Translations under genes and position numbers: made by a program | Assembly (NCBI GenBank): GCA_963711335.1 | Contig: CAVQDX010000040.1 | Location: 171,267 to 235,266, forward strand | DNA: 64,000 bases | Origin: an uncultured delta proteobacterium | GTDB taxonomy: Bacteria > Desulfobacterota > Desulfomonilia > Desulfomonilales > Desulfomonilaceae | Direction of reading: 5' to 3' | The notes under the pieces: generated by a model | What the model saw: only the letters and a program-made list of their open reading frames with translations | Databases searched by the model: none | What the model was told of the DNA's origin: nothing | In this document: positions 1 to 10,585 of the stretch, piece after piece | Layout: the number at the start of each line of letters is the position of its first letter | Position numbering within the stretch: the first letter of the stretch is position 1

Positions 1-1952
1 CCGCATCGGCGCCATGATCCTGTCCGTCTCCCAATGCCCACCCGACTTCGGGCGTGTATGCTTCCGCCCACCAGCCGTCCAATTCCGAAAGATTGACTCC
101 CCCATTGACTAGTACCTTCATGCCGCTGGTTCCGCATGCTTCCCAAGGTCGCCGCGGCGTGTTGATCCAGACGTCCACCCCCTGAGCCAGGCGCTCCGTT
201 AACAGCATGTCGTAATCACTGAGAAAGATCACATGGGGTCGAGCCTCGGGCCGGCGGATAAAATTTATCCATTCATGGATCAAGGCCTGCCCCTCCTGGT
301 CTTCTGGATGGGCCTTGCCGGCGATGATGAGTTGCGCCGGGCGCTGAGGATTGGTTAACAAACGAAGCAGTCGTTCTGGGTCGTGCAGCAGCAGGTTCGG
401 CCTCTTGTAGGTCGCGAAGCGGCGCGCAAAGCCGAGTATCAATGCGTTGGGATCAAATAGATGTTTCGCTCGCCTCGACCGCTTCGGGCGACGCTCCGGA
501 GGCGGCCAGTTGATTTGACAATCGCTCGCGAGTGTATTCAACAAGGGACTTTCCGGCGGCGGTCCGGAATTGCCAGAGCGTGGCGTTGGAAATGCGGCTA
601 ATATCCTCCTCCAGGGTTTCCGTCGGCCCGAGCCATCGGTCTTTTCCGCACGACTTCCGTCCAGAGACAGTCCGACTCCGCGGAGTCCCAGCTCGGCATG
701 TGAACTCCGTTGGTGACGTGCCCGACGGGGACCTCGTCCATTGGCCAGCGCGGAAAGAGAGGCTCAAATAGATCCCGGCTGACCTTGCCGTGCAACCGAC
801 TCACGCCATTCACCGCTCCGCTCCCCCGGATTGCCAGATAGGCCATGTTGAAACTCTCCGATGTGTCATTAGGATTCTGGCGGCCTAGAGCCAGCAAGTC
901 GTGAAGAGTTATGCCGAGCTTCTGCTCCGCATAACCACCGAGGTATTGTTCGATGAGAGCCGGGTGCGAAACGGTCAAAGCCGGCGGCCACTGCCGTGTG
1001 GGTAGTGAAAAGGTTTCCCGCTCGAGTGACGGCCAGAGCGACTTCGAAGGGCTGCGCTGTCTCTTTCATGAAACTGCGGGCACGTTCGAGCACGGCAAAG
1101 GCCGCATGGCCTTCATTCAGATGACAGACTTCCGGCTTGACGCCAAGCGCAGCAAGGAGCCGCCATCCGCCGATCCCGAGGAGCAGTTCTTGCTTGAGAC
1201 GCAGCTCCGGTCCGCCGCCATAGAGTTCGCTGGTAATTCCTCGATGGGCTGGGAAATTCGCGGCGTCATTGCTGTCGAGCAGGTAAAGTTTTACTCTGCC
1301 GACCTGGACCTGCCAGGCGCGCAGCCAGACCGAGTAACCAGGTAAGGCGATCTCCAACCGCAGCCACTCGCCGTTTGGCTGGCGCAAAGGCGTAATCGGC
1401 AACTGTCCGGGGTCGTTATACGGGAAGAGCGCCTGTTGCGCTCCGTCCTTATCAATCACCTGGCGAAAATAGCCTTGCTGGTACAGCAGGCCCACCCCGA
1501 CCACCGGCACACCCAGATCGCTGCAGGCTTTGAGCTGATCGCCAGCTACATTGCCAAGCCCGCCCGAGTAGATAGGTAAGGCTTCGCTCAACATAAATTC
1601 CATGCTGAAATAAGCGGCGCAGGTCAGGGGACCCTGCGAATGGTTCCGTTGAAACCACGCTGGCGACGCCACCGCTTGCCGCATGGTCTGCACTAGGCCA
1701 TCAACGTTTTTACGAAAAACTGGGTCGGCCATCAGACGCTCGATCTGGTCGCGCGAGACCGTCTGCAGGACAACCCAAGGATTATGCGTGATTTCCCACA
1801 GTTTGGGATCAAGCTGCCGCCACACCTTCGTCGGTGGCATGATTCCACGACCAGCGCATGTCCAGAGCCAGCTCCGCCAGGGAATCGAATCCCTCTATTT
1901 CCGTGGGAAGAAGGTTGTATATTGGGTGGGTGACGCGTGTTTGTTTGCTCAT
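1..1952 (-). pseudogene. glgP: alpha-glucan (glycogen/maltodextrin) phosphorylase; C-terminal end lies outside the window; frame broken 4 times as sequenced
   Basis: The minus-strand pieces 1809..2027, 869..1840, 598..978, 453..767 and the frame covering 1..457 read as one protein: ...LALDMRWSWNHATDE|VWRQLDPKLWE..., ...AAGFDRFAP|ALIEQYLGGYAEQ..., ...SWDSAESDCLWT..|CGKDRWLGPTE..., then FDPNALILGFARRFATYKRPNLL...IIAGKAHPEDQ. ATG at 1952 is preceded by GGGAAG. Each junction (near 1826, 963, 655, 462) is repaired by removing one base. Confidence 0.85.
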
Positions 1953-2092
1953 GGTTGCTTCCCGAGGTGTGTTCCGGACCGAAAATTCGTACGCATCAGT
2001 TAGGATTCTCCTCGTGACTCCGCTCATCCTCGTCCTGGCTTGTTGTCCGCTGATGAAGGACAGACGACGCGCGCCAATGGCCCCGCTCCGCC

Positions 2093-3743
2093 CTAAACCG
2101 ACGACGCCAGAGCGTCACTGACTATCGTCTGGGCTTCCTCCAGGATTCGGCTCATATGATCCGGTCCCAGGAAGCTTTCCGCATAAATCTTGTAGATATT
2201 CTCGGTCCCTGACGGCCGTGCCGCAAACCATCCGTTCCCGGCCACCACTTTCAACCCTCCTATGGGAGCGCCATTGCCCGGCGCGTGGGTGAGGATGGCC
2301 TGGACTTTTTCGCCCGCCAACTCGGTGAGCTTAACCTGCTGGGGTGAGAGCTTCGCCAACTGTTCCTTTTGATCCGGAGTGGCCGACGCCTCAACACGTT
2401 CATAGGCAGGTTCACCGAACTCGACGCGTGAGTTCGTGGTACATTTCGCCGGGATCGCGTCCCATTCGGGCCGTGATCTCCGCCGCCAGCAAAGCCGGGA
2501 CAATTCCATCTTTGTCCGTCGTCCAGACCGCTCCATTTAGACGAGCAAAGGACGCCCCTGCGCTCTCTTCACCACCGAATCCAAGCGACCCTTCGAGAAG
2601 GCCAGCAACGAACCACTTGAATCCAACCGGCGTCTCGTAGAGCTTCCGGCCAAGCTTCTCCGTGACGCGATCAATCATCTGACTGCTCACCACTGTCTTG
2701 CCTACAGCCGCTTCCTTGCGCCACTTCGGCCGGTGTTGAAAGAGGTAGGAGATGGCGACGGAAAGGTAGTGATTGGGAGCAAGCAACCCGCCGCTCCTTG
2801 TAACAATCCCGTGGCGATCGTGGTCGGTGTCGCAGGCGAAAGCGATGTCAAAGCGATCCTTAAGGCCAATTAACTTCTGCATCGCATAGGGTGAGGATGG
2901 GTCCATACGGATCTGGCCGTCCCAATCCACAGTCATAAAACGGAAAGTCGGGTCTACGGCCTCGTTGACGATGGTGAGGTTCAACCCATAGCGTTCTGCA
3001 ATCGGCCCCCAGTAGCATACCCCGGCGCCGCCAAGAGGATCCACTCCCAGGCTGATCTTCGCGTCGCGAATGGCGTCCATGTCGATCACATTGCCGAGGT
3101 CGCTAACGTAGGCGTTGAGGTAATCGTGCCGTCGCGTCGTAGGAGACCGAAGAGCTTTCTCGAAAGGAATCCTCTTCAAACCCAGAAGGCCATTCTCGAG
3201 AAACTCGTTCGCCTTCGCCTCGATCCATGCGGTAACTGCGGATTCCGCGGGCCCGCCGTTTGGTGGATTGTATTTGAAGCCACCATCACGTGGAGGATTA
3301 TGCGAGGGAGTGATCACAATGCCGTCGGCGAGCCCTGTCTTGCGCCCGCGGTTGTAAGTGAGAATCGCGTGGGAGATTACGGGCGTCGGAGTATATTCTT
3401 CCTTCTCCGCGAGCATGACTTCCACGCCATTTCCCGCCAGCGTTTCCAGGGCGCTGGCAAGAGCGGGCACTGAAAGGGCATGCGTGTCCATGCCCAGAAA
3501 CAGGGGACCATCGATCTTCTGTCGCTCACGATACAGGCAAATAGCCTGAGTAATGGCAAGGATATGCCACTCGTTAAAGGACTTATCGAACGCTGAACCG
3601 CGATGCCCTGAGGTGCCGAACTTAACCCGTTGTTCCGGCGCCGAAGGATCAGGCGCCTCGGCATAATAGGCTGTGATCAGTCTAGGCACGTCAACCAGCA
3701 TTGATGTTTCGGCTGGCTTTCCCGCAAGGGGAGACACTTTCAT
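2093..3743 (-). pseudogene. pgm: phosphoglucomutase (alpha-D-glucose phosphate-specific), one frame break as sequenced
   Basis: ORF 2412..3743 carries typical PGM motifs (GTSGHRG, ITPSHNPP, GGEESAG). The C-terminus continues in ORF 2093..2536 (..EFGEPAYERVEA...GGLKVVAGNGWFAARPSGTENIYKIYAESF). The junction near 2422-2432 is repaired by deleting one base (..HELTR|EFGEP..). Confidence 0.85.
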
Positions 3744-3791
3744 GGCGCTCCTCTCAAATTCCGTGAGGCGTCTTAAAAAACGTTGAGCTTT

Positions 3792-4538
3792 TTAGTGATG
3801 ATCTATAGGCCGCCCCTCATCGTCGTAGAGATATGCCTCATAATCCCCGCTATCGGCTTTCGAGGAGTCGAACTCAGGGCTATTTTTTATGGATTCCCGC
3901 GTGAGGTCAAAATACACACTGGATTCGTCCCATTCCACACGCCTGATCCATTGGGGCGATAGAAGAACTCTCTTCCCCGGCAGCCAGTTGCGGGTATCCA
4001 CAACCAGAAAACGAATCACCCAAATTTCATCGTCGACAATAAAATCTTCCACATGACCGATTTCACCGTCGATGGCATGAATATGGTAGCCGGTGACCTC
4101 CCGTGAGCTGTGTAAATGCGGATCATCCCGCCGCTCCGACACAGAAGCTTCCTGTTCCACAAACACTTCATCAACAGGAAGGGGTAACGGGGTTGTTCCG
4201 AAAGCGCCTCCGTAACCGCCTCGCCAAGGCCACTGATAGTACTCATGTAGCTCGGCCTCATGCTGACGATAAATGGGTCTCTGCGTATCGATATCGGGGC
4301 TGCCGTTCACCTGGGCACGGGTAAGGTTTACCGAAAGCGTGCGTGACTCCAGTTCTAGTTTACCGAAAGCGGCAGGGGAAATGAGCACCTTTCGGCCGGA
4401 TAACCAATTGCCTGTTTCTACGACAATATAGCGGATAGTCCAGGTTTCATCATCGAAGTAGAACTCGTCCACTGTTCCCAGGTCACCGTCGGTGGCCCTG
4501 ATCGCGTAACCAATCATACTACTAATATTTTGTTGCAT
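3792..4538 (-). CDS. PRC-barrel domain protein (two PRC-barrel repeats)
   Basis: Two internal repeats of the PRC-barrel signature (GY.I.A.DG.IG.V.DF..DDE.W.IR..VV.T.NWL.G.KVL.SP). AGGAGG lies 5 nt before the ATG at 4538 (MQQNISS..), so I prefer that start to the ORF-track start at 4559. Confidence 0.7.
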   Translation of the reverse strand: MQQNISSMIGYAIRATDGDLGTVDEFYFDDETWTIRYIVVETGNWLSGRKVLISPAAFGKLELESRTLSVNLTRAQVNGSPDIDTQRPIYRQHEAELHEYYQWPWRGGYGGAFGTTPLPLPVDEVFVEQEASVSERRDDPHLHSSREVTGYHIHAIDGEIGHVEDFIVDDEIWVIRFLVVDTRNWLPGKRVLLSPQWIRRVEWDESSVYFDLTRESIKNSPEFDSSKADSGDYEAYLYDDEGRPIDHH

Positions 4539-4632
4539 AGCGCCTCCTATGAGTCTCATTGGTACGGGGGTAATGGAATATTAAAGGGGAAACGACATAC
4601 TGCTTTCTCTCTTTTTATGCTTTCGCAGTAGC

Positions 4633-5271
4633 TTATGTGGCTGCTCGGCTACGCAGGGACTCTCTCAAATAGGACCGTTCTCCCATCATGTGCAATAAAG
4701 GACCATGCGTAGCAATTTCCATAATGCTGATAGAGGCCACTGGCATGCTGATGCGATCGCGAAAACGCCCCACATCAATGCCTAACAGTGAGCACAGCAT
4801 TATTTGGATCGTGGCCTTATGAGAAACGACGAGCACATTGCCTGAAGCGCAGGTGTTCTCAATTTCTTCAAGCGCAAGTGAACTGCGCCGAGCAATATCG
4901 ATGCCTTTTTCTCCTCCGGTGGGAGCATTCCACCCTGGATCAGTTAACCATCGAACGTAGTCATCATGAAACTCACGATTAACATCTTCAGGAGTCTTAC
5001 CCTCCCATTGGCCAAAAGCAATTTCTTTCAACCCTTCTTTGAGTCGCATTTGTATTCCGACCGCCTCGCAAAGAGGTTTTGCCGTGGCCACTGCACGGCG
5101 TAGAGGACTGGAAAAGACAGCGGCCCATGGAAGGGATTTATATGCGTCGGCAAAATCCTCCGCCATCTGGCAACCTGCCGGGGTCAAATCCGGGTCGAGG
5201 GTCCCGCAGTAACCCCCTGTTTGGCTGGCTGTGGTTTCCCCATGTCGCAGAAAATAAATCATTAAATTCAT
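4633..5271 (-). CDS. histidine phosphatase family protein (phosphoglycerate-mutase-like, GpmB/CobC type)
   Basis: N-terminal YFLRHGET catalytic motif and a later VVSHKATIQ histidine motif. Intact 212 aa ORF. Confidence 0.75.
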   Translation of the reverse strand: MNLMIYFLRHGETTASQTGGYCGTLDPDLTPAGCQMAEDFADAYKSLPWAAVFSSPLRRAVATAKPLCEAVGIQMRLKEGLKEIAFGQWEGKTPEDVNREFHDDYVRWLTDPGWNAPTGGEKGIDIARRSSLALEEIENTCASGNVLVVSHKATIQIMLCSLLGIDVGRFRDRISMPVASISIMEIATHGPLLHMMGERSYLRESLRSRAAT

Positions 5272-5298
5272 AAGTTAGTCCTTGTCACGATAACCGGC

Positions 5299-5395
5299 GT
5301 GAGTTACGAACCGTCTACAACAGAAGGAGGAGGACGAAACGTGCCCGAAAAATGGACCATAAAATGCCCGATGTCTGTTTTATCAAGGGCTTAAG
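5299..5395. repeat. partial third copy (copy A) of the intergenic repeat family also found at 5722..5971 and 17969..18217
   Basis: Shares GTGAGTTACGAA (5299..5310, against 5816..5827 in copy B) and the core GTGCCC-N-GGACCA-N-AAATGCCCGATGTCTGTTTTATCAAGGGCTTA (from 5341). The spacing between the two motifs is 42 nt in both A and B. Confidence 0.6.
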
Positions 5396-5404
5396 AACTC
5401 AAGC

Positions 5405-5650
5405 CTAATTGTCGCCAAACAGTTGTTGGACTGCGCTTAGTATGCCGTAGGCCGCAAGTAGATCAATTCTTCCGGATTGCCTGACAAAATCCCTAAAATT
5501 TCTTGTGTAATAATGATTCGTGCCAAGCAAGGTAGTCAGACAATCAAACGCTTGCACCCTCCAGCGTCTGAACACGGTTGGATCAAAATCAGATTTGAGA
5601 GCGAGTGTGCCTGATTCCATCAAATCGTCGATTCGCTTTTCTGAACACAT
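5405..5650 (-). CDS. hypothetical 81 aa protein, apparently sigma-54 dependent
   Basis: Intact ORF with AGGGG about 6 nt before the ATG at 5650. A sigma-54 promoter lies about 70 nt upstream. No recognisable family. Confidence 0.45.
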   Translation of the reverse strand: MCSEKRIDDLMESGTLALKSDFDPTVFRRWRVQAFDCLTTLLGTNHYYTRNFRDFVRQSGRIDLLAAYGILSAVQQLFGDN

Positions 5651-5721
5651 CTTTGACCCCTATTAATTAGGAGTGACCAAGGAGAAACAATTTCTTTAAC
5701 CCTTGAGACTGACTGCAACAT

Positions 5722-5739
5722 AAGCACTTTCTGTGCCAA
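5722..5739 (-). promoter_or_regulatory. sigma-54 (RpoN) promoter, -24/-12 type
   Basis: The minus strand reads TTGGCACAGAAAGTGCTT. GG and GC are 11 nt apart, as in the consensus TGGCACG-N4-TTGC. It points at the 81 aa ORF. Confidence 0.65.
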
Positions 5740-5971
5740 CCTGTCATCCGATAGAGAATTCTCTAACAGAACAACTCGGTTAATTAGATAGTTAGGTATA
5801 GTGACGAAGCCTGGTGTGAGTTACGAAGGTGTGAAAGAGAAGGGAAACCAGAGAAATGTGCCCGACAAACGGGCCACACAATTCCTGATGTGTGTTTTAT
5901 CAAGGGTTTATGAATTGCCACGGTGTCTTAATGTCGGTCAATCTGATTGGCCTGCGGTGCGGTTTTCGCTC
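5722..5971. repeat. copy B of a regulatory cassette of about 250 bp (activator gene tail + conserved spacer + sigma-54 promoter)
   Basis: Co-linear with 17969..18217. Promoter at offset 0, TTAATTAGAyAGTTAGG at offset 58 (56 in C), GTGCCC at offset 136 (135 in C), TGTTTTATCAAGGG, GGTGTCTTAATGTmGGTCAATC, then the stop codon and the last codons of an activator gene. Confidence 0.7.
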
Positions 5972-5988
5972 TTAATTTCGATTCGCTT
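5938..5988 (-). pseudogene. relic 3' tail of a sigma-54 activator gene (last ~16 codons only)
   Basis: The minus strand reads KRIEIKSENRTAGQSD*, against KRFGITSENRTTDQDD* at the end of the intact activator 18184..20628. Upstream of this the frame contains stops and similarity is lost. The HD-GYP gene ends at 6083. Confidence 0.5.
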
Positions 5989-6082
5989 TACTCACAAAAT
6001 CCGCTTTTCTTGTTATCAAATAGATGGACGGAAGAAAAACTCCGGCGGATTAATGGAATTACGTCCCGAATCATGCGCTGGT

Positions 6083-7178
6083 TCAAGATCCGAGATGTTG
6101 GCTCTGGATCTTCTCTATTTCACCAAGGTTTTCTAGAAAGATTTCCAGTATTGCAGGATCAAAATGCTTTCCTTTGCCTTCCTTAATGATCTGCAGGGCT
6201 TTCTCGTTAGAAAACGCATCCTTGTAGGGCCGTCTTGTTGGTTAAGGCGTCGAAGACATCCGCCAATGGCAGCAATTCTCCCCATGAAAGGTATGTTTTC
6301 TCCTGACAAGTCCATTAGGGATAGCCACTGCCATCCCATTTTTCATGATGGGACAGCGCTATGGTCTCGCCTGACCTGAAGTAATTCCGACGAAGACCCG
6401 CTCAAGAATTTTTCCACCAATGACAGTGTGTCGCTTCATGATTTCCCATTCGGTCTGGATCCAATTTAGCCGGCTTGAGCAATATGGCGTCAGGGATGCC
6501 CATTTTCCCAACGTCATGCATCGGACTCGCATTGAGTATGATTTCACAATCATGTGGTGTGAGGCAGAGTCTGGTCGCCAGAAGATGACAATAACGGCTC
6601 ATGCGCCTGACATGAAGCCCTGTGTCTTCATCCTTGTACTCAGCCGCTATTGCCAGCCTCTCAATCGTTTCCAACTGGGCTTGGTAGGTTTGACGCTGTC
6701 CCTCGGCGGCATCTTTCAATGCCTGTTTCAAATGAATGGTTCGCTTTTCAACCATGTTCCCTCTAATTCGGCACTGGTACCGTTTAATTTCATCTTGCGT
6801 TTCCTTCATCCTGATCAGAGAAGCGGTACGCACCTTCAATTCCAGCTTGTCCACCGGCTTGGTGATAAAATCGTTTGCCCCTGCATCCACAGCTCTCAAC
6901 CGGTCTTCTTTTCCGGCCAAAGAGGTGACCATGCAGATGGGCACATCCAAGAATTCCTCGTCTTCACGGATTTTTTGAGCAACTTCAAAGCCATCCATGC
7001 CCGGCATCATAATATCGAGCAGCACGAGGTCGAAATCCAGCGTGACCATTGAGAGCGCCTGAAAACCGTCTTCGGCAAAATCAACTTCATATCCGATGCT
7101 CAATAGCATAGCCTCCAACAGTTCCCTGTTCAGTTCTTCGTCGTCCACTACTAAAATTCGGTGTGCTCGTTTCCTCAT
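6083..7178 (-). pseudogene. response regulator with HD-GYP phosphodiesterase output (RpfG-like), frame broken 7 times as sequenced
   Basis: REC domain (ILVVDDEELNRE..DLVLLDIMMPGMDG) then HD-GYP. Reading across frames gives HDVGKMGIPDAILLKPAKLDP|TEWEIMKRHTVIGGKILE|GSSSELLQ.|GETIALSHHEKWDGSGYP|NGLV|GENIPFMGRIAAI|ADVFDALTNK|RPYKDAFSNEKALQIIKEGKGKHFDPAILEIF...HLGS*. Junctions lie near 6455, 6398, 6374, 6319, 6304, 6263 and 6233. Confidence 0.85.
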
Positions 7179-7181
7179 TTC

Positions 7182-7554
7182 TCAGACCTTTCCACGGGAA
7201 GATACTTCTCAATAATTCTCACAAACTGCCTGGTATCAATAGGCTTGGAGATATACCCATCACATCCGGTCTTTAGTACCATGGCCTCGTCAGTGGGCAT
7301 GCTATGGGCCGTCAACGCCAAGATAGGTATGCTCGTTCGTAATAGGATCCCCTTTCAGTATCTTGGTGGCCTGAAGACCGTTCATGCCGGGTAATCCAAG
7401 ATCCATAAGGATAAGATCAGGATGCTGAGCCTTTGCCACGACTGATTCCATCCATGGCGTTTGTCGCCTGCAGCACTTCGTAGCCTGCAAATTCCAGAAG
7501 ATCGGCAGCTAGCTCCATGTTCATGGGATTGTCCTCGATAACTAGCACTTTCAT
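7182..7554 (-). pseudogene. single-domain CheY-like response regulator, frame broken twice as sequenced
   Basis: MKVLVIEDNPMNMELAADLLEFAGYEVLQATNAMD..|ESVVAKAQHPDLILMDLGLPGMNGLQATKILKGDPITNE|IPILALTAHSMPTDEAMVLKTGCDGYISKPIDTRQF..*. Junctions lie near 7450 and 7331. The stop is 3 nt before the HD-GYP start. Confidence 0.8.
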
Positions 7555-7608
7555 GACTACGTAAAACCTCCTATAGTTTCTTGACCATCAACCTGTTCCC
7601 CGGTCTGG

Positions 7609-10524
7609 CTAAGGAGCGCATGGGATAGTAAATGAGAAAACACTCCCGCTACCTTCTCCATCGCTTTCTATCCAGATCTTTCCGCCGTGCAATTCTACCA
7701 ATTTCCGCGTCAAAGCCAGCCCCAGGCCCGTGCCTTGATACTTCCGTGCAGTCCCCGAGTCGATCTGTTCGAACTCATCGAAAATCCGTTCTTGATCCTC
7801 CTGCTTTACGCCTATTCCATTGTCCCTTACGCTGAAGACAAGTTCGTCCTGCTTCCTTTTCCACTGTTACAGAAAGCTTGCCTCCATCCGGCGTGAATTT
7901 CGTGGCGTTTGACAGCAGGTTCAAGATAATTTGCTTGAGGCTGCGCTCGTCTGCCCAGACCATCAGATCGTCCTGAGCATAAAGACTGAGGTCCTGATTG
8001 CGATTAAGCGTCTTCTCCCGCACCAGCAGAAGACATTCCTCCAGAATCTTTCTGACTTTGACTGTCAGAGCAACGCAATTCCGTTTTTTTTGCCTCAATC
8101 TTTGCCAAATCCAAAATGTCATTTATGAGGCTGAGTAGGTGACGTCCAGCTATGAGTATATTGTCGACATACCTGACCTGTTTCGCATTCAAGTCCCCAA
8201 AAGTCTTATCATGAAGAACTTCTGAGAACCCAATTACTGAATTCAGAGGCGTACGAAGTTCGTGACTCATGCTTGCGAGGAATTCGCTCTTTGCCCTATT
8301 TGCCGCTTCTGATAACTCGATGATCTTCTTGGCCTTTTCGCAAATCGTGTTCGTATCGCTTCGTTTCGGATAAGTCTCTTGCTATTGATGAAACGCCCAA
8401 GATTTTTCCGAAAGAGTCCTTTATCGGAGAGACGGACAGGAGAACTGGGGACCTCGTTGCCATCCTTGGCAACTCTGGTGGTTTCAAGATTTTCTGTTCG
8501 CTCTCCTAGCCTTACCATCTCAAGAAGATGCGTCACCTGAGCGTGGAGTCTCGGGGGTATGATTGCGAATACAGATTGCCCCTTTGCTTCTTTAGCAGTA
8601 AGACCGTACATCTTTTCTGCCTCCCTGTTCCAACTGACGATTGTACCGTCCAGATTCTGGCCCATTATGGCCTCGTCCGAGGACTCGACTATGGCAGCAA
8701 GGAAAGCCCGGTCACCCTCGGCCTTCACGCGTTCAGTAACGTCCCTGACAAGAGCTGCAAAATGCGCCTCATGTTTATTTGAATATTCGCTCACTGATAT
8801 CTCCACGGGGAACGTGCCGCCATCTTTTCTAAAGGCAATTGTGTTACGGATTCTTTCATTTACTCCTGTTCCCAATGCCTTCAACTGAGGCTTCAGAGAT
8901 TCGTCTTGTACCCTGGAATAGAGATCCGGCATGAACAGATTAACATTTTTCCCTATCATCTCTTGGGCCGGGCAGCCGAACAGTCTCTCAGTCGCTGGGT
9001 TAACCATTTCTATGGTACCCTGATCATCGAAACTAATTATACCTTCCAATGCAGACTCGAAGATTGATAGAATCTTTGCCTCGCTTTCCTCAAGCGCTGT
9101 GCGGACCGCTTTCTGCTCGGTCTGGTCCCTGAAGACGAGGACTACTCCACTGATGGCCCCGTCTTGGCTGATTGGGGCCGCGCAGTATGCGATAGACCGC
9201 TCGGCTCCGTCTCGTGCTATGAGCAGGGTGTCATTGGCCCATTCCACCACCGTCCCCTCAGTGAGGAACTCGCCGCACAGGGTTCTGTGCCGGCTTACTG
9301 GGTTTCTCGTTCACGATGCGCAAAACATCATCTATGGTTTTGCCTTTGCCCTCGTCCTCCGTCCATCCGGTAAGTCGCTCAGCCACAGGGTTCATCTGTT
9401 GCACCAGAGTTCCTGTGTCAGTGGTTATCACCGCGTCACCGATAGAATAAAGGATAGTCCGATACCGCTCCTCAATCAGCCGGCGCTCCTGCTCCGACCT
9501 GTAGAGGTTCTTATACATAGAGGCCTGACGATTTCGGTAGCCATAGGCGCTACCAGTTCCTACTACCAGAATCAAAGCCCCGGCGAACAACGCTGCAATG
9601 ATGCCCCGAAAATGAGCCCCCTGAAGGATCTCGGTCTTGTCCACTTGGGCCACGATAAACCAGCGCGAATTGGGAATATGTTTCAGATAGGCAAGCACAT
9701 CTTCTCCGCGGTAGTCCTTCCCCTCGAATAGCCCTTCCTTTCCTAATATTGCCTGAGTGGCCGGAAGTGACGTGTCGAGGACATGTCTGAAGGTGAGCGG
9801 AGTGTTGGGCCGGTGACGGACTTGATTCAAGTAAAGAACCTCATCGCCGTCTCTGCGGACCAGAAGCGTCTCGGTCGTACGACTGAGGGTGGGCCACGAA
9901 CGAATCAAAGGGTACAGGAGCGATTCGGCATTGCTCCTCAGGACCGCCACGGCAATGGCCTTGCCCTCTTGGCCCAGGACAGGCGCCACCGCCGCGAGTT
10001 GAATAATACCCTGGGATGATGACGCATACAGCTCGCTCAATGTCGCAGAGCCCTTGGTAAGAGCTTCCTGTACGGCCTCCCTCTCAACCGGGCTCAACGG
10101 TTCCGGCTGGGGCTTGGCAGACAAGAGCATGTTACCGTCGAGGTCGAACAACACGATGTCGGCGTAACTTCTTGTTTGTTGCTCAAGCGACCAATCTATC
10201 CTGCATCGCTTTCTGGAGTAAATTGTCGCTCTGGTCCAGGAGCCACTCAGATAATGCGTCTCTCTCAAAAGGACCGTTCGCCAAAATCCAGACGTCGCCA
10301 AGTCGTTGTTTCCTCCACATTACTATCTCATCGATCTTCAACTTGACGACGCTCGCCAGGTCCTCGTAATTCTCTTTCTGTATTCGCTCAGCCTCATGGG
10401 TGTAGTATGTGTAACCTGCGATCAAGAGCACTGCGGTCGCTCCAAAAAAAAGAACTAACCAGGGTAATCTGGTACGGATGGAAAAGCCTCCTTCTCGTTT
10501 GCGGTCAGGGATATTGATAGGCAT
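7609..10524 (-). pseudogene. membrane sensor histidine kinase (periplasmic sensor, TM, 3 PAS, HisKA, HATPase), frame broken 6 times as sequenced
   Basis: Pieces 10183..10524, 9258..10301, 8267..9250, 8296..8487, 8004..8270, 7775..8122 and a final frame ending CAP* at 7609 join into one kinase (..EAANRAKSEFLASMSHELRTPLNS.., ..[15 protein letters not shown].., ..[44 protein letters not shown]). Junctions lie near 10201, 9265, 8448 (run of 4), 8340, 8084-8091 (run of 8) and 7855. Confidence 0.85.
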
Positions 10525-10585
10525 TTTGGATCTTCCTCATGAAAGCAGGTGAATTCTGAATCAAGATGTTGTGTTCCTTTGTCTT

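Noticed and set aside
5801-6136. Plus-strand ORF (111 aa) covering repeat copy B. The three repeat copies even give similar peptides (..RNVPEKWTIKCPMSVLSRA / ..RNVPDKRATQFLMCVLSRV)
   Set aside because: Copy C has stop codons in that frame (..NVP*ERTTKCLMYVLSRG*). Differences between copies fall mostly on codon positions 1 and 2 rather than 3. The ORF also runs antisense through the HD-GYP gene end. The similarity is at DNA level, not protein level.
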